Assembly: GCA_043228905.1 (NCBI GenBank)
Contig: JBHGNT010000001.1
Coordinates: 5,952,001-6,016,000 of the forward strand
Source of the DNA: Azolla caroliniana
Taxonomy: Eukaryota; Plantae; Polypodiophyta
Length of the DNA stretch: 64,000 nt
Direction of reading: 5' to 3'
Each line of letters starts with the position of its first letter. Within the stretch, counting starts at the first letter, position 1. This document shows, in pieces, positions 25,864 to 38,630 of this stretch. The translations under genes were made by a program, and so were the position numbers. The notes beneath the pieces are model-generated. The model saw only the letters and a list, made by a program, of their open reading frames with translations. It was not told the DNA's origin and searched no databases.

Positions 25864-27539
25864 CCTAACGCGGAAAGCTGGCTCGTGGAGCTTGCTGAGC
25901 TGGCCCTAAAAAGCTCGCCCAACCCTGTGGCTAACACACACTCTCACACGCTCCCCCCCCCCCCCCCCCCTTCAAAAAAAAGAGAACTTTTATTTTGTGT
26001 GTGTGTGTGTCTCTCTCTCTCTCTTTCTTTCGGCCTCAAATCAGATTTTTGTTTTTCTCTTAATCTAATGTTTTTTTTTGGGGTTGTCTATCTCATGTTT
26101 TGCGCGTGTTCTTTCGATCCAATCATTTTGTTCGTTCGTTCATTCCTGAGAGCACGCACACAATACACACAATTAGAGGGAATAATTTTGCCCGTATTGG
26201 ATCGTGCCTCGGCCCGCAATTCCCCTAACCTCAGACCGATGATGCAAAATGTCACAGGGGTGGACAGACATACATACTAGCTTTGATGGTTGAAATGGGG
26301 AGTGTTTGTGGTCATAGTAATGATATAATGATTGAAGATTGTCCCCCAACAACTTGTTAACATATCATTGTAGAGGTATTCACTATATTCCAAGATTTTG
26401 AGCACGTATTTCTCAACGTTTTTCTATATTTGGTGTAATGGTGGATCATATGAAGTAGTTAGCACCACTAACGTTGGATATGCCACCATGTGCATATATG
26501 TCCATCTAAAGTGGCAAGTTCAATGCAACTCAAGCAAAAGTGCTACCAACGTAAGGTAAAAGTTATCCTAGAATTTCCTACATATAGTCAAACTAGTGAG
26601 CTCGCCAAATACCCTACGCAGATTGATGTCATAACAAGATGTTGAGGTATTTAAAAGACTTGACTCACACATTGGCACGACAAACATCGTTCAATTGAAT
26701 GAAGAAGGATAAAACCAATTAAACAAACTTGGAAGTAGTGTTATGCCAATCACGTGTGGTTCAACCACCAATTTGGGTAAAAGGATTCCAAATGCTCACT
26801 GAAGCCTTGGACATTGTTGTTCAGAGGCGCATTAATGTTCATGTGTGATTTCAAGTCGTCCATGAGTGTGTTATGCTAGCAAGCAACCGCCCAAAGTAGA
26901 CCATTATTACACACCACTCAAAGAGAGTAGCTCCACATTATCTATGGTGTCAACATATTTCATCACTACTTGTTGAAGATCATATTCTAAATCCTCGTGG
27001 GTCATAGTGCAATAATGTACTTAATGACAAAATGGGCACCTAGTTTGAAGTTTTCATGCATCAAGAGCTCAATATTGTTGAGTAAAACTTACAATGACAT
27101 ATTTGATCAATACAAATAAACAAATTTGAAAGAGAGTGTTGGCTTGATTTAATTGGTTATTTTGATAATGAACCATCGATCAAAAGTATAGTGACTCTTT
27201 GCATACCTTCTCAAATGTAGAAACAAGAATGTAAGGCTATTCATGGACTATAATAGAAATTTTGTAGCTTTGAGAAGCCATGGTGGTGGTAAAGTTACAA
27301 CAAATGGAATTTCATGCCATATGGGATAAAGGAATATTTTATAGGAGGAATTTTGACAAGGGGGAGTGGTTCTACTCTACACCAAAGTATTTATTTACGC
27401 CGCCATTTAGAACTTAGCATGGGGGTCATTACCTATATGTACATACTTCATGTATAGCCTTAGGGTGTTTCTTAATAATAACACAATATCTTTCTCGGAA
27501 AAAAGGGATGGAACAATCACACACATAATGATGATGTAT

Positions 27540-28190
27540 ACTCTTAAGATGAATGTAGTAGTTGAATGGAAAAATCAACATATCGTAGAGTGAGAGTTAT
27601 GATGTTTGAAATGTAAGTTAAAAACATGTAGTGGATAGATGTATCTCATGGTGTTGATTGATAGAATGCTAACTATACTGCTAAAATCAATACTTAGTAC
27701 CAATTTCTGAAACAAAAACCTAAAGTTTATAGTTAAAAAGTGTTTGGATATATTTTAATATGTTTGTGTTAAGTAAAGTTAAGAATAGATTTGACGAAAA
27801 AGGAATAAAATGTGTTATTTAGAGAATTGATAATATTAAAAATGGATGTCGATGGTATGATGTTGAAGAAATGTTTTGATGAAAGCATGAGTTTTGAAGA
27901 TATGAAGTGTAAGGTGTGTGAATACCAACCACAATAAGAAAATGTGGAGATGAAAGAAGGAATACACGAGGATGAAACACAAAAAGGAGAAGACGATGAT
28001 TGCAATATCAATCATCAAGTTCTATTTCAGCCACCTTGATCCTAACGATGTGGACAAGTTAACTTACCATTCATCAATTGCAGAAATTTGTTTGTATATG
28101 CCAGAAACCGAACGTTGTTGCAAATAGAATAACAAAAATCAATTTCAAGAAGAAATGGATGCATTAAAGAAAAATGGCACATGAATTAAT
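27540..28190 (+). mobile_element. Highly degenerate Ty1/copia relic
   Basis: caagaagaaatggatgcattaaagaaaaatggcacatga (about 28146-28184) translates to QEEMDALKKNGT*, matching the copia pre-RT motif AM.EE..AL..N.TW. Boundaries approximate. Confidence 0.5.
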
Positions 28191-28499
28191 GTCGAGAGTT
28201 GAGGGTCAAAATATAATTGGTTTTTTTTTTTCCTTCAAAGATTTTCTTCAATAGTATTAAAACATCGAGAAAGTACAAGTAAAAGTTATCTACCCGTAGG
28301 CTTACAACGTAATGTATGTACACTTAAACTTGTACATACAAAAACAGCTTATATAGGGCTGTTGAGCCTTAAACGATACATTAACATGTTGGTTTTATAT
28401 CAAGAAAAGGTCCATGGAAGATGATAATTCCATTGAGGTCTTTGGTTTGCCATTACAAAGGGAGGCACCTTCCTCCATAAGTGAAGAAGCTTCATCCTT

Positions 28500-28925
28500 C
28501 TTTTACAAAGGGTTATGCACACTATTGTGGTATGTTGTCACATATGTATGCCAAAATTTCTAGGGTACAAAGGGTTATGCACACTATTGTGGTATGTTGT
28601 CACATTTGTATGCCAAAATTTCTAGGTTTGGATAGCCCACAAAAAATGTTTGAAGACCATCCTAAAGAAGATAATAGAAGAGAGTGAAATAGCATGGGTT
28701 CATAAACTACTCTTGGCACACTATTGTGGTATGTTGTCACATTTGTATGCCAAAATTTCTAGGGTTGGATAGCCCACAAAAAATGTTTGAAGACCATCCT
28801 AAAGAAGATAATAGAAAAGAGTGAAATAGCATGGGTTCATAAACTACTCTTGTTGCATAGCACATCATATGAAACAAGTATTAATGTGACACCTTTCCAA
28901 TTGGGTTATTGCATAGAAGCTTAAG
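28500..28925 (+). mobile_element. Degenerate gypsy integrase relic with internal tandem duplications
   Basis: KCLKTILKKIIEESEIAWVHKL and TSYETSINVTPFQLGYCIEA align by eye with the intact integrase at 59018-60013 (NKTLQNILLKIVNENRTDWDTKL; TAYKTSIRTTSFRLAFGLEA). Confidence 0.6.
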
Positions 28926-29945
28926 TTCAATACTGTAAATGGCAGAAACCTAATAATTACAAGTATCTAGTGAATTGGATGAGGTTAGTTATTAAAGGAG
29001 TGGTAAATAGCATCATTATCGTGAGCATAAACAATAAAAAGTATGGTACCTTACGGATGTTGTAGAAGCAAACAATGGTGTTCATCTCCAAACATTGAAA
29101 ACGCTACAAACTAGAATTCACCAAACAACAAATGTTGTTCTTTCAAAGAAAGTCTAGCTTCATGACAAATTATTGCAATGTATGATTGATTGAAAGTGTC
29201 AAATACTGGATGTATGGTTTTCACTCTGAGATCATAGATGTATATCGTCCATCATAATAGTTGTGTACATTCTAAATTATCACTCTTTTTATAGGGGTGA
29301 GGTATAGAATCCAAAATATTGTAGTAGCATTATGAGATATAGAATGGCAAGTCGAAGTAGAAATGGCACAAGAAATATGTATAACCTGATTTTCTATGTA
29401 GAATAATTGTGTCACAAAAAGCACCACCAAAAGCAATACATTGAAAATATGTCAGTAGGGATTACACAACAAATAAGATATTGTAAGCTCAATATTAATG
29501 CACACCATAACTAACAGAATAGGCCTTTCACTATTACAATTTACAACTATCAAATACATCATCAAATTGAATTGTGTGTTTATGTGCATTCTCCAATTAT
29601 GAGATATAAGCCAAAAAGTTCTTTTTTATGCATCATCGAGTCAAATAGATAAAACTTTCGTAATTGAAAACATCCATTTCTCTGATAAAAAAAGTAGAAT
29701 CCTCAAAGAGCATTTCAGCAAAGCCTTGGTTGAGAAGATGAGACACCCAGGAATATTACTCATTCATCCTCTTAACTTATAAATCATGAAAATTAATAGC
29801 CACTTCTTCATCAGATCCATTTCGTGGCCAAACGACAAAATGCTCGAGAGCTACTGATCAAAGTAGCTTACAACTACAAACTTATTCACATGTCTGCATT
29901 ATAAAAGCCTTTAAAAAATTTCAATACATCATGGGAAGTTAATTT

Positions 29946-31748
29946 TCAAGGAAAATTCTCCTGACCCCTTGATATTGGTTCCTTAGCTTTCGTAAAGATT
30001 CGCACAGCAATTGCTAAGCCTAAGATAACAATAGGAACCAAAAATTGCAAAATTTTAATGAAAAGCTCTGCTGTTTTGTTTGGGTTGTGAGAGCCTTTCT
30101 TGATGGGAACATTGGGTTTTCGTTTAGGAATAGTGGATGCATCAATATCGCCTACATAGTATTCGTCCATCATCGCTTTAGCAGTTACACTATGTCCCAC
30201 GTCTTCAAAATCTTCCGTAGCATCTTTGCCTGCACAATGATTTATCATCATATCTCATTGTAATCAAACATTAACAATTTATAGTATTTTAACATAAGGA
30301 AAAAAATTGTACATTTGATGCTTCCAAGAGATTTCAAACATTAATTAGCATTTCAATTTTTTACCAAAGGTAGTAAATGGCTGGTTCAGTTCTGGATTCG
30401 CAAACTCAAAACCGTTCCAAACCAACGCATTTAAAAAATTAGGAACTTAATGTGAACAGAACCACAAAACCTTTGAATCAAAACCATTTGAGGTATTTTC
30501 AAGCTCTAACCACATAGTTCAGGAGACCTACAAACTGGTAAGTTATGGTTTCAAGGTTCAGTTTTGGCTCAAACCAATTCATTATAAGGGTTTTTTTCAA
30601 AATTCAGAAAGAAAACTAAAATTTAACGGAATTGTTAAGGTTCAAAGTTAAAACTTTATAGTATATATTACATCATTTATAAAGTTAATTGATATATTTA
30701 ATAAATATTTCAAAACTCTCCCCCCAAACCATTAGAATGTTTCAACCATGCCTTGAAGCTAGATAAACTGAGGATCATTAAGCTGATAAGGGTTCAAACC
30801 AAACCCTTGAACCCCCAAGCCAGACCAAACCAAATCCAATCTGTTTACGAATTCCCACACTTAAACAGAACCAATTAAGCCGTTAAGCCAGAGTTTTGTG
30901 ATTTGGTTCGGCTCAAACCGAGCCGTTGCTGATCAAAAGATGTGGAATTTTTCTTTTCCCCTTTTTAAAAAATCATAAAACATTTAGTATGCATATATAT
31001 AAAGAATGCGTGCGTGTGTGTGTGTGTGTGTGTGTGCATATAAAATATTTAGTATGCATATATCTATAATTTTTAGGATTAGGTTTACCTGTGGCTGATA
31101 TTAGCACATCATCACCTCCTGGATGTTCATCGAGAAATTTTGTCACATCATAGACCTACATCAAGATGAAGAATAAGTATTCCAGAGCTCAAATTCGTAT
31201 ACATGCATGCAAAACACACATATACTCATATTATATATATATTCTAGCACATACATACACAGTACATAATAAATAAATACAAACATATTCTACCATGCAA
31301 ACATAAACAGGAAATAACACATATTCTAAGAGACACATAGACCATAGATGCATAGTATACAATATACTACGACACACACACACACACATAGAACATAAAT
31401 ACATATTTTACAACACACACACAGAACATAAATACATATTTTACAACACACACACATACAGGACACACTACATATTCTACTACACACAAAATACTCATGA
31501 TATGATACATATTCTGCAGACAAGTATAGGCGACATGATACATATTCTACAACACACACACAAACACACCATACAACACATACTATATTCTACAAGCATA
31601 TACATAGAACACATCTACATACAAAGATAGTGTAATATGTATATATATGGCGCCATCATATGCCATAACATTTATGCTTCAGACATTTTTCAGATTTATA
31701 TTAAACAAGTAATCAACCGATAGGTAAAGTTTCCTGGTATCTATCCAT

Positions 31749-31793
<45 letters not shown>

Positions 31794-31945
31794 TGGAGCA
31801 AGAGAGAACAGAACAACAAGATCCATTGATTCATGATCCATCGATTCTTTCATACCTTTCCCGAGATGATAAGCCAGCAATCCTTGGAGTTGCTGTGCTC
31901 TGAGACTTGGGCGAGAGTGAAGACCTTGTTGGGCTCATCCGCCAT
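29946..31945 (-). CDS. CB5: Cytochrome b5, 3 exons
   Basis: Exons 31945-31856, 31155-31089, 30229-29946 give MADEPNKVFTLAQVSEHSNSKDCWLIISGK|VYDVTKFLDEHPGGDDVLISAT|GKDATEDFEDVGHS... with the HPGG heme motif and a C-terminal tail anchor (ILQFLVPIVILGLAIAVR). Confidence 0.96.
30375..30930. mobile_element. Putative MITE / non-autonomous DNA transposon in cytochrome b5 intron 2
   Basis: Imperfect inverted ends (AATGGCTGGTTC... and ...AACCGAGCCGTT), many subterminal AAACC/GGTTC motifs and an AT-rich centre. TSD not resolved. Confidence 0.45.
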
Positions 31946-32470
31946 GAAAGAGGAGAGACAAGGAAGAACTAAGCTGAGCTAATGAAGGGGTGAGACACAG
32001 ACAAAAGATGTAGACTGTGCGAGGATAGGATCTCTCAGACACATATACCCTGCCTCTGCCCCTGCCCCTGCCCCTGCCCCTGCCTCTGGAGAAAAATAGC
32101 TTTTGCTATTACATATCTATGTACTTACTTAGTGTCTTTTCTTTATGTATTGTGTTCCAATGCAGAGGTTTGTTCTGCTAGCATTTTTTATTAACCTCTC
32201 TCTCATACTAACTATATGTAATGATCCCACACCTCACCTTCTCAATTCTGCCCCAAAAAGCTTCTCAATTCTGATGATCCAAATGAGAAGAGATGATGTG
32301 CTTCAAGCTTATTCGTCGTGGGTAACACATGATTTGCAAACATTGCTAGAGGCACCATGTGTACGTGTATCCCATAAGGTATGTGTTGCATAATCGTGAA
32401 TATCATTCAATTACCCTTGTGACAATCTCGTGTCAACCCGCCCTTCTTTTGTTTACGTCAAGCCCTTCAA

Positions 32471-32532
32471 TATGTATGTATGTATGTATGTATGTATGTG
32501 TGTGTGTGTGTGTGTGTGTATACATGTATGTA

Positions 32533-32563
<31 letters not shown>

Positions 32564-32625
32564 ACATCTATGTATGTATGTGTGTGTGTGTGTGTACATC
32601 TATGTATGTATGTGTGTGTGTGTGT
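32471..32625. repeat. Compound (TATG)n/(TG)n microsatellite; other SSRs at 2662-2690, 3386-3432, 31751-31790, 32048-32087
   Basis: Directly visible. Confidence 0.95.
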
Positions 32626-33298
32626 TGTGAAACATATCAACAATCAGGACTAACCCCCTTCATACAACCAAATGATCTTTCAAAGAAGTGTTTTAGAATT
32701 TATGTTGTGGTTTCCGTTGTTACTACTTTAGCTACCTTGGACAGGTAAGGGGTTCTCCATTTCTTCCACTACCATTGTTTAGATTTAGCATGGACCATTG
32801 AAGAGAAACAAAGGCTTAGAATGGTCTTGATGAAGCTATGGCTTGTGGGGATCAAATCCCATTTTTAGCATTTGTTCTTGTGAAAAACCTTGTTTATGTT
32901 ATGATAAAAAACCAAATTACTCCACAAGTTTATTATCTTCTACCGCAAACCAATGGGATGGCTTCATGGGCTTTCCTTTTAAATCTCACTATGACATTAA
33001 AAAAAACACAAGAAAAAAAGAATATGCAATCATGACCAACTAATCAACTACCATTAACTAAGCCTAAATCAACACTATATAAAAGGGGAGAGCTTGGCTT
33101 TTATAAATGTGTAGCTGCATAGAAGTCTACACCTATCTACATCGATGGGAGAGTGAGTGGGATGTCTAAAGTATCCACTTTCATTCAACAAGGTATCTCC
33201 CACACACTTAATGCAAACATGAACTTTACAATACATTCTCTAAGAAGTGTGTTCACATTACATAGTGTGGTTGAGCTTGATATATCAATAGTAAGTTT

Positions 33299-33902
33299 TG
33301 TTGGGATTACGGTCCCTCCGGATGGGATGGTCGGATGTCCGGAGATGAATGACGACAAGCCCGGTTGCGGTTTCGGAACCGGATGATGAAGACCCCGGCT
33401 TCGGAGCCGGATGACGAATGTACCCGGAGAGAGATCCGGATGCGGGGACATATCTGTGAATATGTTTGCCAAGGGCCCTTGAGGCTATAGTTGTAAATAG
33501 CCCTAAAGTCATATGTGTATAAATATGACTTAGGGCAAACAGTTTTTAGCTTGCTACTCATTTTTCTGTTTTTCCACTCAAGAGGAGTGAAGAGAGAGCA
33601 GCCGTGAGAGAGATAGAGCGTGAGAGAGGAAGAGGTCGACGCCTCTGTGTAATTCCGCCGCCTGTGGCGAGGACAGCGAGCTCAAGGTCGTCGCCTTGCA
33701 GCTCGCCATTGTATATTTCTCTGTGCGTAGTTTTGGTTCGGAGTCTTGTACTCCCGTGGTTTTTCCCGTACAGGGTTTTCCACGTTAAATCGTGTGTCCA
33801 CTTATTTATCTTTGCATTTCCCATTTTCTGCAACAACGATTCGTGTGTTTCCTTGGTTGTGGCCGAGAGGTGAAGTTTGGAAAGTGTCGATTATTTCCAT
33901 CA
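33299..33902 (+). repeat. Copia 5' LTR
   Basis: TGTTGGGATT...TTTCCATCA. Two substitutions seen versus the 3' LTR. Confidence 0.95.
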
Positions 33903-33905
33903 ATT

Positions 33906-33917
33906 TGGTATCAGAGC
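33906..33917 (+). promoter_or_regulatory. Primer-binding site, tRNA-iMet
   Basis: TGGTATCAGAGC 3 nt after the LTR end. Confidence 0.95.
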
Positions 33918-33932
33918 GAGCTGCTGCAGAAA

Positions 33933-36900
33933 ATGGAAGGCGGCGGCAGTGGGCAGCCGGGGATGATGGTGCTGAATGCGCAGAATTACGCCGACTGGAA
34001 GATCAAGATGGAGGATCTTCTGATTGTTCGGGACCTGTACGAACCGATTGACAGGTCGGAAATACCGAAGGGGGTACTTGAGTCGGAATGGAGGCTTCTG
34101 AACCGGAAAGCCGTTGCAACCATTCGGCAATACGTCGACGTGAGCGTTCTACAACATGTGGCGAACGACATCAACGCATATGAGATGTGGCGGAAGCTGT
34201 CGGGCCTCTACGAGAGGAAGAATGCGTTGAACCGGACCTCCCTGATGAGGAAGATAGTGAACCTCAAGTACCGGGACGGCGAGAGTATGGTGGAACACGT
34301 AAGCACGTTCATGGGATTCGTGAACCAGCTTGCGGCGATCAAGTTCCCGCTGGAGGATGCAATGCAAGCCATCATTCTGATGTGTACATTGCCGGAAAGC
34401 TGGGAGAACTTGGTGGTGACTCTCAGCACCTCCTGCACGGAAGATAACTTGTCCCTACAAACGGTAAAGACAAGTATTTTGAACGAAGAAGCGCGTCGGA
34501 GAGATAAAGAACCGGCCTCCGACTCGAAGGCGCTGCTTACCGAATCGGAACGGGGAAGACAATGGAACCGGAGTCCGCAAAGACGGGAGAAGTCGGGGAC
34601 CCGGTCGCAGTCAAGAGGAAGACCCACATGCTTCCACTGTGGGAAGCCGGGGCACTTCCGGAAGAATTGTCGGCATTACCGAAAGGACAACGGAGCCGAC
34701 GACACCGATTCGAAGAAGTCACCGGAGAGAAACGGTGCATACCGGGGAGCCACGGACCGGAGAGGTCCGGATCGGCGAGGGCAGGACCGGAAAGGAACGA
34801 CGGCACTCGCGGCAAGTGAGGAAGAAATCATGCTCATCACCGAAGAAGGTGAACTAAACATTGCCGGCGATGAGACGACCTAGGTGGTCGATTCCGGAGC
34901 ATCGTTCCACCTGACCCCGGAGAGAAGATACTTCTCATCCTACACAGTCGGTGAGCATGGCTGTGTTCGGATGGGAAATGAAGGTACGTGCCGGATTGCC
35001 GGCATAGGAGATGTGTGGTTGACAACCTCGACCGGATGCAAAATGCTGCTGAAGGATGTCCGACACGTTCCGGAGGTTCGATTGAACCTGATTTCGGCTG
35101 GGAGGCTAGACGATGAAGGCTACTCAGGTAGCATCCGGAACGGCGTAATGAAGTTCAGCAAGGGGAGCCTGATAGTGGCTCGGGCCCGGAAAGTCAACAC
35201 ACTGTACCTTATGAATGCCTGGTTGTGTCCGGAAGAGTTGAACGTGGCAGCCGACACTGCCGGTGAGCTGTGGCACAAGAGACTGTGCCACATGAGTGAG
35301 AAGGGGATGAAGAGGCTTGCAGAAGACAACCTTATTCCAGTGAAGCATGTGCACCTGGAGAAGTGCACCGATTGCCTGGCCGGTAAGCAGAACCGAACCT
35401 CCTTCCACTCAAGGCCATCGACGAGACGTAGCGCACCATTGGAGTTGGTGCACACTGATGTGTGTCAGGTAGAAACGGAGTCACATGGCGGAGCCCAGTA
35501 CTTCGTAACATTCATTGATGATCACAGCCGGAAGCTGTGGACGGCACCGTTGAAGACAAAGGACCAAGTGTTGTGCGTCTTCAAAGAACTCCACGCGAGA
35601 GTGGAAAGGGAATCCGGCAAGAAGCTGAAAGCGATACGAGCGGATAACGGAGGGGAATACCGGGGGCAGTTCGCGGAGTACTGTCGCTCGAAGGGAATCC
35701 GGCTCGAGTTTACTGTGCCGAAGACGCCGGAACTGAACGGGCTGGCCGAGAGGATGAACCGGACCATAATGGAGAGGGTCCGGAGTATGCTGGCGCATGC
35801 GGAATTACCCAAGGGGTTTTGGGCTGAGGCGATGTCAACGGCGACATACGTGATAAACAGATCACCCTCAGTACCTTTGGACGGAGACACGCCGCAGAGA
35901 GTGTGGACCGGTAGGGAAGTATCCTACCGGCACCTGAAGGTGTTCGGGTGTCTCGCATACGTGCATGTGGCAAAGGACCGGAGAGGAAAGCTAGATCCAA
36001 AGACCCGGCCATGCATATTCCTCGGTTACGGCGATGACGAGTTCGGCTACCGAGTATGGGACCCGGTCGACAAGAAGATATTCCGGAGTCGTGATATCAT
36101 CTTCATGGAGAACAAGACACTCGCCGACTGGGAGTCGGAGAAGAAGATGAAGAGCTCCAAGTCGACCGGTGAGGATAAACTCTACGAGGAGCAGTCCCGA
36201 CCGGCAAGGGACCGGTTAACACTCGAAGATCCGGCTGAAGACGGTGAAGAAACAGAACCGGCCGAAGAAGATGAAAATGATACCGGAACCGGCCCCGATC
36301 CCGAAATGGATTCGGATGAAGAGGAATCGGAAGAACCGGTTACCGAAGCTCCGGAACGGAGATATCCTCTAAGAGAGAGAAGGGCTCCCCGGAGATTTTC
36401 GGAACCAGAGCACGTGCTGCTAACCGACGAGGGGGAGCCGGAGAGCTTTGAAGAAGCGAAGCAGGACACCCATAGCCGCAGGTGGTTAAGTGCCATGCAG
36501 GAGGAGATGGATTCCCTGCATGAGAACCACACATATGAACTTGTGGAGTTGCCGAAAGGAAAACGGGCACTCCGTAACAAGTGGGTGTTCAAGCTGAAAC
36601 CGGGAGATGTCGGAAACCCCCCGAGATAAAAAGCCAGGATCGTGGTGAAGGGGTTTCAGCAGAAGAAGGGTGTCGACTTCGACGAGATATTTGCCCCGGT
36701 AGTGAAGATGACCTGCATCCGGACGGTGCTGAGCATAGCGGCAAGCATGGACCTCGAGATAGAACAGATGGACGTGAAGACGGCATTCCTTCACGGTGAC
36801 CTCGAAGAAGAGATCTACATGCAGCAACCGGAAGGATTCGAGAAGAAAGGGAAGGAGCACCTGGTATGCCGGTTGAAGAAGAGCCTTTACGGTCTGAAGC

Positions 36901-38016
36901 AGGCTCCCCGGCAATGGTACCGGAAGTTCGACTCCTTCATGACAGACGAAGGGTACCACAAAACGCAGTCCGATCACTGCGTGTTTGTGAAGAAGTTCGA
37001 AGGAGGAGACTTTCTAATACTCCTCCTGTACGTGGACGACATGTTGATCGTCGGACGAGACCAGGTCAAGATACGGATGCTGAAGAAGGCTCTTCACCGA
37101 ACCTTCTCAATGAAGGACCTGGGTCCGGCGAGGCAAATACTAGGGATGCACATCATCCGGGACCGGAAGAAGAAGCAGTTGTGGCTGTCACAGGATCTGA
37201 AGTACGTGACAAAGGTGCTTCACCGGTTCAACATGTCGGAAGCAAGACCGGTCGGGTCAACACTCCCGGCAAACTGCAAGCTGTCCAGCAAGCAGAGCCC
37301 CAAGACAAAGGCTGAGAAGGAGGACATGATGAAAGTACCATATGCCTCTGCCGTCGGGAGCTTGATGTACGCAATGGTGTGTACCCGACCGGGCATAGGA
37401 TATGCAGTCGGAGTGGTGAGCCGGTACATGAGCAATCCCGGCAAAGAGCATTGGGCATTGGAACGCGGCCAAGTGGATACTCCGATACCTGAAGGGCACG
37501 GCAAACGTGTGCCTCCGATTCGGCTCCGGTAAGCCCGAACTCGACGGCTTCACCGATTCGGATATGTCGGCTGATGCAGATACCAGCCGGTCCACATCAG
37601 GGTATGTGATGACGTATGCAGGGGGAGCTGTTTCATGGCAGTCGAGGCTGCAGAAGACGGTTGCGTTGTCAACCACGGAGGCGGAGTACATGGCGGCTGT
37701 TGAAGCCGGCAAGGAAATAATATGGATGAAGGACTTCATTAGAGAGCTCGGTATCCGGCAGGAGGAGTACCGACTCTACTGCGACAGTCAGAGTGCAATC
37801 CACCTTGCGAAGAACGCGGCCTATCACTCCCGGACGAAGCACATCCAGCGAAGATATCACTGGATCCGGGAAAGGATAGAAGACAAGGAGTTCGTGCTAA
37901 CGAAGATCCACACGGACGAGAACGGGTCGGATATGCTGACCAAGGTGCTCACACCCGACAAGCTGGAAGCATGCCGGAAGAGGATCGGATTGGAGAGACA
38001 TCCCATGCCGAAGTGA
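33933..38016 (+). pseudogene. Copia gag-pol polyprotein, disrupted
   Basis: CCHC knuckle CFHCGKPGHFRKNC, PR VDSGAS, IN (WHKRLCH, HTDVC, DNGGEY), RT YVDD, RH (DSDM, STTEAEY). Stops at 34881 (W to TAG) and 36627 (Y to TAA), and a 7-bp duplication frameshift at 37448-37461. Confidence 0.95.
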
Positions 38017-38630
38017 AGGGGGAGTTTGTTGGGATTACGGTCCCTCCGGATGGGATGGTCGGATGTCCGGAGATGAATGACAACAAGCCCGGTTGCGGTT
38101 TCGGAACCGGATGATGAAGACCCCGGCTTCGGAGCCGGATGACGAATGTACCCGGAGAGAGATCCGGATGCGGGGACATATCTGTGAATATGTTTGCCAA
38201 GGGCCCTTGAGGCTATAGTTGTAAATAGCCCTAAAGTCATATGTGTATAAATATGACTTAGGGCAAACAGTTTTTAGCTTGCTACTCATTTTTCTGTTTT
38301 TCCACTCAAGAGGAGTGAAGAGAGAGCAGCCGTGAGAGAGATAGAGCGTGAGAGAGGAAGAGGTCGACGCCTCTGTGTAATTCCGCCGCCTGTGGCGAGG
38401 ACAGCGAGCTCAAGGTCGTCGCCTTGCAGCTCGCCATTGTATATTTCTCTGTGCGTAGTTTTGGTTTGGAGTCTTGTACTCCCGTGGTTTTTCCCGTACA
38501 GGGTTTTCCACGTTAAATCGTGTGTCCACTTATTTATCTTTGCATTTCCCATTTTCTGCAACAACGATTCGTGTGTTTCCTTGGTTGTGGCCGAGAGGTG
38601 AAGTTTGGAAAGTGTCGATTATTTCCATCA
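38011..38630 (+). repeat. Copia PPT (38011-38024) and 3' LTR (38027-38630)
   Basis: AAGTGAAGGGGGAG followed by the TGTTGGG...CCATCA copy of the 5' LTR. Confidence 0.95.

Larger units (their letters stand above)
33299..38630 (+). mobile_element. Full-length Ty1/copia LTR retrotransposon (Tnt1/Tork-like), defective
   Basis: 604-bp TG...CA LTRs, 5-bp TSD AGTTT (33294-33298 and 38631-38635), tRNA-iMet PBS, PPT, domain order gag-PR-IN-RT-RH. Confidence 0.97.

Noticed and set aside
32359-32748. Cys/Val-rich ORFs (also 2556-2861 and 31326-31559)
   Set aside because: Translations of (TG)n/(TATG)n microsatellites.
34881-34883. TAG between copia gag and pol as programmed readthrough
   Set aside because: It replaces the conserved Trp of W..DSGAS (TGG to TAG) and lacks a CARYYA context, so a point mutation is the simpler explanation.
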